A program made the position numbers and the translations under genes. From Felis catus (taxonomy: Eukaryota), in assembly GCF_018350175.1 (NCBI RefSeq), contig NC_058376.1, forward strand, positions 105,028,001 to 105,092,000: a stretch of DNA of 64,000 nt, in the 5' to 3' direction. Under the pieces are notes generated by a model that worked only from the letters and a program-made list of their open reading frames with translations, was not told the origin of the DNA and did no database searches. This document shows positions 37,933 through 49,600 of this stretch, one piece after another; the stretch's first letter is position 1, and each line of letters begins with the position of its first letter.

Positions 37933-38285
37933 CAGTGATTCTCAACCCTGGCTCCATGTTAGAATTGCCCGGCAAGCTTTCAGAAAATACCAATGCCAGA
38001 ACCTGACTCCCAGATTTAGTTTGGGGTGGGGATCAGATATTGTATTTAAAGCTTCCCAGCCGATTGCAATGTGTGGGCTAAACCTTTCAGTATAATCTAT
38101 ACTCCTGGTTCTCAAACCATTAGAATCAAAGTGCTAGAATCACCTGGATGGTCTGTTAAAACACAGACTGCTGATTCCTACCCCAAGGTTTTGATTCAGA
38201 AGATCTGAGATGGGGCAGAGAACGTGCATTTTTAACAAGTTCCTAGGGGATGCTGATGATACTAGCCACACTTTGAGGACCACTT
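37933..38285. mobile_element. Two adjacent MER5-like hAT elements
   Basis: 'cagtgattctcaaccctggct...ttagaatt' and 'tggttctcaaa...agaatcacctgg...gcatttttaacaagttcc...cacactttgaggaccac'. Confidence 0.75.
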
Positions 38286-38460
38286 GTACACCCAGTTGCT
38301 CACGATGCACATTCAGCTGCCCTCTGTATTGTATTAGAGTTTTCCAGAGCAACAGAGCCAACAGGATATAAATCTGTGGGGGATGTGTTCCAAGACCCCC
38401 GGTGGACGCCTGCAGCTACAGACAGCAGCAAATCACGTATATACTATGTTTTTTCCTAGA

Positions 38461-38898
38461 CAGTTGACCCTTGAACAATGCAGAGGTAGGGGAAGTGACA
38501 CTCTGTGCAGTTAAAAATACACATATAACTTTAGAATCACCAAAAGTTTAACTACTAATAGCTGACTGTTGATGAGATGTGATAACATAAACAGGTGATT
38601 AACACATATTTTGTATATGTATTATATACCATATTCTTTAAAAAAATCAATTTATTTATTATTTTAAACTCAAGTATAACTAACAGTGTTATATTAGTTT
38701 TAGGTACACAATATAATGATTCAATATATACTATATTCTTGCAATAAAATAGGCTAGAGGAAAGAAAATGTTATTAAGGAAATCATGATAAAGAAAAAAT
38801 ACATTTACAGTACTATACTGTACTTATCAAACAAAACCCATGTACAAAAAAGCCGTGGACCTGCACATTTCAAAACTGAGTTGTTCAAGGGTCAGCTG
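38461..38898 (+). mobile_element. Tigger2-like non-autonomous element inside MER44
   Basis: 18-bp TIRs CAGTTGACCCTTGAACAA / TTGTTCAAGGGTCAGCTG (17/18 match), TA on the right flank. Confidence 0.9.
38639..38724 (-). mobile_element. Very short L1 3' end inside Tigger2
   Basis: T-rich tail plus 'gtgttatattagttttaggtacacaatataatgattca'; TSD TATATAC(C/T)ATATTCTT at 38623-38638 and 38725-38740. Confidence 0.85.
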
Positions 38899-40899
38899 TA
38901 CATACATACCTGTGATAAAGTTTAATTTATAAATTTGGCACAGTAAGAGATTAACAACAACTAATACCAAAAATAGAACAAGAATAAAAATATACTGTAA
39001 TAAAAGTTATGTGAATGTCCTCCTCCCCCCAAACATCTCATTGTACTGTATCTGCCCTTCTTATGATAATGATGTGAGATGATGAAATGCCTACTGATGA
39101 GATGAAGTCAGGCGAATGACAGGCATTGTCACACAGTGCCAGGCTACTACTGACTTTCTGACGATATACAGCAGAAGGAGGATCATCCGCTTCTGGACCT
39201 TGGTTGACTGCTGGTAACTGAAGCTGGGGAAAGTGGAATCGCATTAAGGTGGGAAGGACTACTCAATATAAGAGGGAATTTATTATAGGAATTGGCTCAC
39301 ATGGTTATAGAGGCCAAGAAGTCCCACAACCTGCCGTCTACAAGCTGTAGAACCAAAAAAGCTGGTGACATGATTCAGAGCAGGGCTGGGGATAGACAGG
39401 GAAGGCTGCTGGTGTAAGTCCTAGAGTCTGAAGGCCCGAGAACCAGAAGTTCTATTTCCCAAGGCAGGAGAAGATGAACATTTGCACTCAAACCAGAGGG
39501 ATTTGTCCGTCCTTCCTCCGCCTTTTTGTTCTAGTCAGCCCTTCTGTGAACTAGAGGGTGACGCCCACCCACATTGGTGAGGGCAATCTCTTTACTCAGT
39601 CTCTTGAATCAAATGCTCATCTCCTCCACAAATACCCTCAGACACACCCAAAAATAATGTTTTGCCAGCTATGTGGGCATCCCTTCGGCCAATGAAGTTG
39701 ACACATAAAATTAACTATCCCAAGCCTTATTTTTGCTTCTCGCAGTTTGTCCACTCTCCCCCACCCACCTATCTTATGTTCCTCTAATAAATACACAGTG
39801 CTCCTTCTAGTCTATAGGTCTCTGAACACCTTTCCTTTTGCCTGCAACACCTTCCCCTGTCACAAAACACACTTCTTTGACAAGAGGCTGTAATTCAATT
39901 TTCACTCATTGGCATTAGGTTTCCTCCAGTAAATGTAAATTAGGGAACTTGCACTGAATTTGTTAATGTTAATATATACACTTCTACAACATGTAGCTTT
40001 TCATTAAATGGGATTTTACCTCCTACACTAACATAAATACAAAAATAAACTATGGCTCCACTTTTTTTTCAACACTTGGGATGGTTTAGTACATTTTTTA
40101 TATTATGTCATTATAAGCCTTAAAAATACCCTAATTTGTAAGAAACAAATAAGGAAATGTAACTGCTATATTATTAACGATGGAACCACAGATGTGACAT
40201 TGAGTCAGTGCATATCAGTATAAGTAAATATAAAACAGATTCTAGGTCTCTCCACTCTCCACCCACACTCAGCCAGAGACTCATTTCTCTCCTGGTGACT
40301 TTGCCTCTGGGGAAAGGGCACAGTGCTGATCAGGAAAGAGATGAATGAAATGCCCTTTCTCCTGCAGTTTCTGTGCAAGTTTTCCTGGTCAGTTATGCCT
40401 TATCACCCTTTTTGGCTCCCATTGCTTCTATTAAATCCCTTCACATGGGCCAAGTAAAAACAGAAAAGCAAATAAAGCTCAAATGATGGAATAGGAGACT
40501 CTGCCCAATTTAAACTTTGTTTTTTTTTTTCACACCGAGTTAGTGATTTTAAAAGTAAGGGAAACTCTTACAAGGTCTGTCAGAATTGAGGTCTGAAGCA
40601 ATTATTTTTGCACCTTATATCCCACTGTAGCTTGTTGAAGTGAATAATTTTGATGTGTTTTTTTGTGAGCAAGGGACTGCTGGAAAAATATGATTAAAGC
40701 ATTCTATCTATTCTCTCTCTCTCTCATCTATCATATAGTATATATTCCTCCTGTTGCAATGAAACTAGCTTTAATTTTCCTGTCCCAGGATTTGTCCATC
40801 TAGAGAGAAATGATCTGAGGTGGAGAATTGATATTTGAAAGACTTTGTCCAAATAATCAAAATAGCTATAGCATACAGAAGTAATTAATTAATACAGTA

Positions 40900-41160
40900 A
40901 GTAATTAATGCTCTAAGTGATAGATATGTGTGTATAATATACTATACATATATTACCTTATTTAAGCCTTACAAAACAACCTTGAGATATTACATATTGT
41001 TATTGTACATATTATTATTCCCATTTTACACATGAGGAAATTGAGGTACACGAAAGTTAAGCAACACACCTGAAGTCAAGCAGCTAATAAATGGCAGAGC
41101 TGAGATATGAGCTCAGTCCATCTCTAGAATCTATGTGCCATACGACCATTCCAAACTGCT
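40900..41160 (-). mobile_element. MIR SINE
   Basis: 'attattattcccattttacacatgaggaaattgagg...aaatggcagagctgagat'. Confidence 0.8.
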
Positions 41161-42119
41161 TCTTTGGTTAGCTGAATCTGTGTAACTACATGGTCATCTA
41201 ATAAAAAGAAAAATAGTAGAATGACCTAGACAATGGAATTTTCATTTTTCATTGAATTGTGTTGCTTTAATCTACACCTAGTATCAGCTGGTCTCCTTTC
41301 CACCCCTAGCTAAAACAACATCAGAGCAGTGTTGTGGGGGATGGGTGTGGTGGGTAGAAAGGTTATAACAGCCTCTCAGATGAGACCCCCCTGAGATCTG
41401 TTAGAAGATGGGGATGGAGAGTGAGGTGTTTTTTTTTGTCATTGTGATATTCTTGGTCAGAAAAACCCTATCTGACCTCCAAGACTTCTAGGTCTCTAGG
41501 GAGATGTGCAGCTCAGGACCTAACCCAGAGACATGGCCCCCTTGGTGTGAGTCTATATTAATGCCCTTGAGGTCATTTACTTAAACTTAATCAGATCTGA
41601 GGTAGGATTTTGAAGGTGGGGAGAGAGGTAAAAGCTTGTGTCATCCTTGGGGTGTGTATGTGAGTGTGTGAGTTGGTAGGACTAGCGGGGAGAGTTCTGA
41701 GGGGAGCCCTAACAAAAAGTAGAAGACAGATGGCTGTGGGAATAGCTGAGTGAGAGAAACCCCCCACCATGTGTGACCTCTGTTTCCAGCAAGTCTATTT
41801 TTCATATATTTGAAGAAAACACCTCCCACACCTGGATCATCTTTAGAATCCATTGTGTTCCAACTCCTAAACAGTCCTCAAGTTCCAGTTTAGTATCTTT
41901 TCCAGAAAGCTTCTTCTGACTACCCTCCCCTTCTCTGAGCACCACTAGGTTTCCCTCACCATTGTTTCCAGGTGGCCTACACTGAACCCCCACCAGAGAG
42001 TCTCTACAAGTCCAGATTCTCTGTTCCCATCAATAGATGCTCTGATTCTGTAGGTCTGGGATTGGGCCTCACCCTTGAAAAACCCCTCTCCCCAAGTGAG
42101 TGTTAATTATCTTTCTAGG

Positions 42120-42300
42120 AAGTGGTGTGCTGGTAAACTGGTTTGCCATAAATGAATGAATAAATAAATGCCCAGATTTTCATGATATAAATGCCCCCAC
42201 CATCACTGATTTCAAGTCATAAGCTTAACTGGCTCACAAGATGCTTGCATATTTAACAATTGGCTTTTGTGAGCTGGTACAGACTACTGTCAGCACACTG
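42120..42300 (-). mobile_element. hAT MITE (MER63-like)
   Basis: Termini 'agtggtgtgctggtaaa' and 'cagcacac'; internal 'tttaacaattggctt...gagctggtac'. Confidence 0.65.
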
Positions 42301-42304
42301 ATGT

Positions 42305-42850
42305 GAGGCAATTTAGAAATCTCCATCAGAATATTTTTAAAAGTTCTATTTCCTTTGACTCAGAAATTCTAAGATATTATCCTACCAATATATTTACATA
42401 CATAGGCAAAGATATATTACAAATATATATTTTTTTATTAAAAAATTTTTTTAACGTTTATTTTATTTTTGAGATAGAGAGAGACAGAGCATGAATGGGG
42501 GAGGGTCAGAGAGAGGGAGACACAGAATCTGAAACAGGCTCCAGGCTCTGAGCTGTCAGCACAGAGCCCGACGCGGGGCTCGAACTCACGGACCGCGAGA
42601 TCATGACCTGAGCTGAAGTCGGCCGCCCAACCGACTGAGCCACCCAGGAGCCCCTATTACAAATATATTTATAACAATGAAATATTAGAAATAACCTAAA
42701 TATCTGTCAATAGGGGATTGGTTAATTATGGAATTTCCAATAAGTGAAGTACTATGCAGTCTTTAGAAGAGTAAGGTAGATCCATGTGTACAGCCATAGA
42801 ACCTTGTAATTATTCACCAGATGCAGTAAGTGAAAGAATAAAAACATTGT
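42305..42850 (+). mobile_element. Old L1M fragment interrupted by a SINE
   Basis: 'cctttgactcagaaattct...aacctaaatatctgtcaataggggattggttaa...tactatgcag'. Confidence 0.7.
42429..42654 (-). mobile_element. Young CAN-SINE (SINEC_Fc-type)
   Basis: CpG-rich; perfect TSD TATTACAAATATAT at 42415-42428 and 42655-42668. Confidence 0.97.
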
Positions 42851-43652
42851 GGGCATCATTTCTTTTCAAAGAAGTGGAGAAGACATAAAAATGTATTTTT
42901 ACTTTTTTATGTGTTCGAAATTTTCAGAGGGATACAAAGCAATTATTAACAGCTTTGGCCTAGAGGATAGAAGACTAGGATTTTGATTATACCCTTTTGA
43001 ATGGTTTGATTCTTTTAAAACAAGTGCATTATTACTTTTTTTCCCCAGTGAAAAGCAGAGTGACCTCTTGTTTTTTTTAATCAGAAAACAAATAAACAAA
43101 AGCTGCTCAGACGATTCTGATGCCTGCCGGGTCAGAGCCCAATAGGGCTGCCTGGTCGCGGTGCCTGCATGTGGTTCATGTGACTTAGGTTATCTCCATA
43201 TCTACATGTCAAAGTCCTCCAACAAGGGCCATTGAACCATTGAATGCTGTGACTTTGGGAAGGGAATTAACTTTCTTGGGCATTTTTTCTTCACTCATAA
43301 AAGGAAGGGCTTGTACCAGGATTCAGGGAACATTAACTCCAAGCCTTTAGGACCAGGCTGTGAGTGGGTGCCCTGGAAACCTGCAGCCATCTTGCCTCAC
43401 CACCCTGCTCCTGCGTCCCCTACACACACACCAAAGAGAAACATTCAAGTTCAAATTAAACTAAACAAAATACTATGCTGGCTAACAAGACACATTTCAC
43501 TTGTAGGTCACCCTGAATTAAGTACTCTTTCATGTCTTCTTAGACTAACAATACTTGCCATATTTATTCTTATGTTGCAAGGTCTTAGCGACTAAAGTAT
43601 GTATCTGTAATACACATTATCATATATATGATGATGGTAAGATGATAATAAG

Positions 43653-43706
43653 AGTAGTAGTAGTAGTAATAATAATAATAATAACAATAATAATAATAAT
43701 AACAAC
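43653..43706. repeat. (AGT)n/(AAT)n microsatellite
   Basis: Read directly. Confidence 0.9.
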
Positions 43707-44796
43707 TTGAAACTAGAAGCTCAGAGCTCAAGTCTTAGTCTTCCTAAAAGTATATAGGTATGTGTGTATAATTTTTTTTTTTTGTATAACAGGAATAACA
43801 ATGTTTTCTTACAGGATTTTTGCTGTATAGGTATGTGAAACTTCTTAGCACAAGGCTTGGCACATAATAGGTGCTTAATTTAAAAGTCTGCAAATACTAT
43901 TTGATTATGAGCATAGTCATTTTTTCAGCAAAACATAAGGTGCTTATGGATCATCTTTAGAATCCATTTATATTCCTATAATTTGTACATAGCTGGGCAT
44001 GAGCTTGAAAATTAGGTATTTATTTCAGTTCTTAATATGTGGAGAGATACTTACTGGGAAGTGCCTCTAAAACATGTAGAAAGTATTATATAAGTTATGT
44101 AGTGTAAATAAGGAACTAAACTAGCAAATTCAGCTTTTATGTAGTTTAATCCTTACAGAAAAGAGCTGCATTCTGACTCTTGAAAGTCTGAAATCTCGGA
44201 TGGCTTTTTAGTGAATAATGGTTGTCCACTCTCTGTATACCTAGAGCCCTCTACTCCTGCCTCGTCACAGCTCAGTGAATGGCAACCAAATTCTGTGCTT
44301 GCTTGCTTCTGCTCCCAACTGGGATGAGAGCTCAGGGAAGTGAGAAGTTCTGAGTTTTATTATAAATCCACAGTATCTTGCACAGTGCCTGACATTAGAA
44401 TACACTCAGTATATGGACAGATAGGTGGGTGGATGGGTGGATGGATTATCCTTTCCTAGGCTGCAGACTGCTGCCTGATCCTGTGGGCTGATTTCTCTAA
44501 TTTTCCTTTTGTTTTAATCTCTCTGGGCCAATGTCTAAAAGACAACCTGCAGCAGATAATTTATGGATTGATTCAAGTACCTATTGATTTATCTTCTCTA
44601 CTGAAACTCTGAAAGAAAACCTTAAATTCATGGTCTTCCTGAGGTTGAGTCTTAGTCTAATCTCTTAAATCCTTATTCTTCATTAATTTCAGCCTTGAGC
44701 ACACTCACAGCAATTTTCTTTTAAGGTATTTTTTTCCTGCACTGTTAAAATACATTCATTTTATGTGTGCATGTACACACTATATGTATGTGTAGA

Positions 44797-44821
44797 TGTG
44801 TGTGTGTGTGTGTGTGTGTGT
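44797..44821. repeat. (TG)n microsatellite
   Basis: About 12 TG units, read directly. Confidence 0.95.
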
Positions 44822-44999
44822 ATGGAATATATATCATATAGATCTAGCAGAAATTCAATGTCACTCAGACATATCCAGTCATAAGAATCTATGCACAGCT
44901 GAAACAGACTTTGCTCTTCTTCAGCGCACTATAGCTATGTTTTCAAAAGTGGTTTAAGGTAAAAAGACAACGGAGAAAAGGTATTAAAGCAAAGAGGTA

Positions 45000-45290
45000 G
45001 CCGTGTCGGCTTTTACTCCCGGCCTACTCACAGTCATCAACCGGACTCCGAGCTTCCTTTCAGGCCATTTCATATCCGATCTCCATCGCCCCTGGCGTGG
45101 TAGAGATAAGCACAGACTGCACTAACCAATTGCCCCCAGTGCTGCTTCCTGCTTTCCTTTCTTCTCGGTGACCATTCCTTTAGGATTTGGAGATTTGAGT
45201 TCGAAAATAGACTAATTCACTGGGCATCAAACATTCAGTCTTAACTCTCCCCAGCAGCTGCCAGAGTCAGAAGGAACTAAATGTGGTGTC
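45000..45290. promoter_or_regulatory. Candidate enhancer/promoter: CpG-retaining unique patch with GATA, CCAAT, ETS, E-box and RUNX motifs
   Basis: 8 CpGs in 45001-45100; AGATAAG 45104-45110; CTTCCTG near 45145; CAGCTG 45255-45260; TGTGGT 45282-45287. Motif evidence only. Confidence 0.4.
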
Positions 45291-46119
45291 AGAAGATTTC
45301 AATATAATCCCTTCCAAATGACTAGATGGTGTCCTAGGTTGCCTGAACTTGCGTTAAACTGCCAAATGCAAGGAGATTGCCAGACAACACAATGTATGAT
45401 TCTGTCTTTCCAGAAGGAAGCCCCCCTTCCCTGGTTTTCATGCTTCAACCTTTTGCAAGAAGGAAAAAAAAAAAACACTGGTGTCTTATTTGAATTATTC
45501 ATGCCACTTTCTGTTCTGCCAGTTCCAGCACACATTTGAAATCATTAATATGTCATGACTCTCCTTCATCTAGCTTTTTGAGATTTTTTAAAATTATGAA
45601 GAACTACAAAAAGGCTAATGTCTTCGTTAACAAGGATATTATCTTTTAGATTTTTCGTTCAGTATATTCAGCCTTCTTAGCACAATTTTACAAGTACTGA
45701 ATGTTCGATGAGGTAGGCACTGGAAGTTGTACCCGACGGGGCTGTTGTGAACAATCCTAGCGGGCACACGGCGGCACTTTGAAATGAAGGCTTGTGGCTC
45801 GACAGTGCTTGGGGCTGTGCCACGTGGGTAAATACCTCATCTGCTTGCTACAGTCTCATAACCAGCAAAAGAAAAGATGAACCATTTTGATATGCTGAGG
45901 GTCCAGTTCCAGTGTCATCCCAAGGACCTGTTACTCATTCTCCAGCAACCTCCCTTCTCTGATGAGCTTCTTGTGTGTCTGTTCTGAGCCGGGCCTTTTG
46001 CGGCACAGTACAGAGAGCAGGTCAGACCCGGTCTCTGTCTTCGTGGATCCTCATGGACATAGATCTGATCCATTAGATCACCACCACATAAGGAGCTAAA
46101 CCAAGCCCAAAGGCCTGAG

Positions 46120-46550
46120 ATAGTAGGAAATGCTAATTAGGAACGACAAGTTATTGGGCTCACGTGACTGAAATGGAATTATTTAGTGAGACAGAGGAGT
46201 CCATAGGAAGAGCAAGTCTGTAGGGAAAGATTAGCAATTCAGTTTTCTTGATATGCCAGGTCAACATCCAAATGAGGTGTTGATAGTAAGCAGTTAGTGG
46301 GACACATGGATCTGAGTTTGGGTGGGATGTCCAGGGACATTGAAGATGCCCATCTGGAAGTAGTCAGCAAGTGGGTAAGTTTAAAGTTGTGAGACTGGAT
46401 TCGATCTCCGAGGAAGTGAATGTGGATTTATAAGAACGGAGGCTCAGGGCTTAACCGTGGCAGTCCAATCCATAAAAATTGGGAAGTGGGAAGAAGCCAG
46501 CAGTACCATTAGGAGGGGGGTGTCCTGAAATCAACTGAAGACAGGGCATC
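46120..46550 (-). mobile_element. L2 fragment
   Basis: 'aattcagtttt...acatccaaatgagg...tttaaagttgtgagactggat'. Confidence 0.65.
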
Positions 46551-46612
46551 ATTCCTTCCTTTAATCTGTCTCAAGCATTCTCAAAGTTTAATAAGCATAA
46601 AAATACCTGAAC

Positions 46613-46890
46613 AATAAATAAATCATGGGGATGTAATGTACAGCATGGTAAATATAGTTAATAAAACTGTGTTGCATACTTGCAAGTTCCTGGGAGAGTA
46701 GATCTTAAAAGTCCTCATCACAAGAAAAAAAAAGAAGAAAAATTTGTAATTATGTGTGGTGATGGATGGTAACTAAACTTATTGTGGTGATCATTCCACA
46801 ACGTATACAAATATTGAATTGTTACGTTGTACACCGATGACTAATATAATGTTATATAGATCAATTATTTCTCAATAAAAAAAAGAAAAA
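46613..46890 (+). mobile_element. L1 3' end (L1MA9/L1_Carn-like) with A tail
   Basis: 'ggggatgtaatgtacagcatggt...gagagtagatcttaaaagtcctcatcacaag...ttattgtggtgatcatt...tctcaataaaaaaa'. Confidence 0.9.
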
Positions 46891-47699
46891 AAATATGTGA
46901 AACGGAATCTATAAAACTGGGTGCATTGTAAGTGATTTGCAGTTTAAAGGATTTTCAACAGTTATTTTTAATGTTTGCCATTTTCCACCTTTCTCATTGA
47001 CTTGAGAATCTAACTCCTGATCCTCAAGGCTCTGATTAGGACTAACTCCACAATACTGTCATCTGGACATTACAGTCATGGAAGGGGGACTGTGAATCAG
47101 CCAGATAGCATGTTTTGGTTTGTTCATTTGTTTTCCTGAGTCAGAAAGAATATCAGTATCAGGAACTGCAGAGTTTTATGAAACAGTTCACACACTTCCC
47201 ATTAAGACATTGGGGCTCCTGTTCATTGTTTTCACACACGTGGACAGGCGCTTTGCTGCTCTTTCCAGGTAACTAACTGTGGGAGGGAGTGGGCCAGACA
47301 CCATACTTGGAACATCTTTAAGAGCATTAGCCCACAAGTTGCTGGTTCTGCCAAGACAATGCTGGAAGCAAAACGGCCTTTGATGGGACCCTGGAAGCTT
47401 CATAGCCGCAGGTCAGGGTGAAGGGCTTCATGCAGACAGTGACATCCTGATTCCACACATCCGTCCTGGGTTCCAGCTTCTGTCTTCTGGAGAACAAACC
47501 CATCACCATAGTAACTGCAGCCACACAATGTACCTCCAGGTGCCCCTCAAATCCTTTCAGTTGCTTCTCCCCACTGATGGCACTTATTAATTTAAAATCA
47601 GATCTCACAATTCTCTTGTCTTCAGGAGGCTAATATCTCTTTTAATCCCCACTTTTACACTTATGACTGGAAGGTTCAGGACCCTTAGCACTGTTTCCT

Positions 47700-48040
47700 G
47701 AAGAGTTAAATGGCATTCAGGCAGCAGGAAACTTCTGCCAATAAAATCAAAATCTAAACCAGTTGTCTTTTATTATCACTTAAATTATTCTCTCCACTTG
47801 ACATGGATTTATTGGTCAGTTTAGACTCTGTGACAGATTTGGCTGTAGTCACATGGAGCGTGACTAACAGCCTTAACTACAAGCCTATAAACAGAACGTG
47901 ATGTACGAGTACATTATCACCACCTAATAATATCTGTGGGCTAATTAGATAAAAGCCAAAGTAAATGAACACCACAGTGACCGCCATGCACGAGTCCAGA
48001 GAGAGCCATAAATGTGCTCTGGCAGCTGACCTGGGCTCTC
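47700..48040. promoter_or_regulatory. Candidate developmental enhancer (posterior HOX/CDX + MEIS/PBX motif cluster)
   Basis: CCAATAAAA 47738, TGACA 47799, TTTATTGG 47808, TGACAG 47831, TAATTA 47942, CCATAAA 48006 in repeat-free DNA. Motif evidence only. Confidence 0.35.
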
Positions 48041-48469
48041 AGGTACAGCTAGAGGAATCGTGGAGTCACTGATCTGTGTCCCTCACTGTTTATTAGCACC
48101 GTCTCTGTTTGAGGATGGTCACTTTGCATCTCTGTTTTGGTGATTCCTAATCTCAAAGTCTATTTCAGCTAACATAATTGATGTAAGTTTCTGGCTCTTT
48201 CAATATGTGTAGGCCTATAATAGCAAGTGTGGTAATAAAGGGGAAACCCATGATGTTTCTAGTCATTTATTTGGTGTGTACATTCAAGACTGGCAGTAGG
48301 CTCAAGGAAGGAGCTCCCCCACCCCGTCCCGCCTACTCACACACTGTGAACACGATAGGGCAGGCCATGTGACTCAAACTTCCTCAGATGTCACTGAAAG
48401 GAAGCAGGAAAACACATGGGACACATTGCCACGTGGGCTTTGCGGAGGGGATGCTCCACATGGGTGGCT

Positions 48470-48800
48470 CTGGTGGCCGAAGACCTGGCTTGGAATCCTG
48501 TCCCTGACACTCTGAAGCTGTGTGACTGGACAGCTTACAAACTTCTCTGAGCTTCAATCTCTTCATCTGTACTATGGAGGCAATACCTTGTATTTGAGAC
48601 TTGAATGAACTAATGAAAATAGTTTTATGCAAGATGTTTTGTATTCGATCTTCATAAAACCTATGAAGTAGAAGTGATTATTGTTCCCACCTTATAGATG
48701 GGGAAGCCGAGGTTCAGGGAGTTGAAGTGATTTGCTCAAGGTCACATAGCAAACAAATGGTAGAGACAGGATTCAAACCCAGAATGCATCCTGTTGACTA
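48470..48800. mobile_element. Two MIRs in opposite orientation (+ then -)
   Basis: 'agctgtgtgact...ctcttcatctgta' then 'ttatagatggggaagccgagg...caaggtcacatagc...caggattcaaaccca'. Confidence 0.75.
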
Positions 48801-49050
48801 CTCTATTGCACTGCCCTGAACAGACACTGTAGGCGAGTGAAAGCACAGCCTTCCTGGTTTATGAAAGGAGGCAGTTAGTGGGCAGCAGGAACTGAGGTGA
48901 TGTAATAAGATGGGTACGTGGCTGGTACCATCACTTCTGGTCGGCATTGCTCATTGTCACTGATGGGTGACAAATCAATGTATTACTTTGTGTGCAAATT
49001 GTCTTTGCATGGTTTATGAGGAATTTTTGTAACTCAAATTTTGTTACTTC

Positions 49051-49215
49051 CTTTTTTAAAGTTTTATTTATTTTGAGAGAGAGAGAGAATGTGTGTGCGT
49101 GTGTGCGTGCACTGTCAGTGCATAGCCCAGTGCGGGCTTCAACTCACAAACCATGAGATACCTGAATGGAAACCAAGAGTCGGACACTTAACTGACTGAG
49201 CCACCCATGTGCCCC
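49051..49215 (-). mobile_element. CAN-SINE, internally deleted
   Basis: TSD TGTTACTTC at 49042-49050 and 49217-49225. Confidence 0.88.
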
Positions 49216-49499
49216 ATGTTACTTCTTATTTTTCAAAGAGAAAGTAATTAAAATCGACGTGTCCTGGAACTCCACCCATGCCCACACCCCAAACTCCACG
49301 TGGGCCTTGCCTTCCTCCTCCTACCTCCCTGGCACTCACACTCAGCTCCTCCTTGCAAAGGCTTCCATTCCCCTCCCCCCCTCCCACAGACCCACATCCT
49401 CAGACTATGGACACACAGACACATACAGGCCTATACACTTGGAGAGTAAGGGGGCAGAGATAAGACCGATCATGTGAGTTGAGGTTTGCAGATAGTGAA

Positions 49500-49600
49500 T
49501 CATAGACCATAAACTGCTAGGAATGAAAGAGACTTTAGAGGTAATCTGGGCCAACCACCTAGTTTTACAGATGAGGAAACTGGGATCCAAGGTGACCCAG
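49500..49600 (-). mobile_element. MIR/MIR3-type fragment
   Basis: 'gactttagagg...ttttacagatgaggaaactg'. Confidence 0.65.

Larger units (their letters stand above)
38372..39263 (+). mobile_element. Tigger-derived MER44-like element inside MLT2
   Basis: 'gttccaagacccccggtgga...tatactatgttttttcc' resumes at 38899 'tacatacatacctgtgataaagtttaatttataaat' and ends 'ggactact'. Confidence 0.85.
38330..39722 (-). mobile_element. ERVL LTR (MLT2-like), outer element of nested stack
   Basis: Segments 38330-38371 and about 39265-39722: 'tgtattagagttttccagagcaacagagccaacagga' ... 'ggaattggctcacatg' ... 'aagttgacacataaaattaactatccca'. Confidence 0.85.

Noticed and set aside
45084-45100. CTCF site (CCACGCCAGGGGCGAT on minus)
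   Set aside because: One G short of the core spacing; poor fit to consensus.
44920-45830. CpG island
   Set aside because: CpGs are locally elevated but GC content and length look too low; kept only as a candidate regulatory patch.
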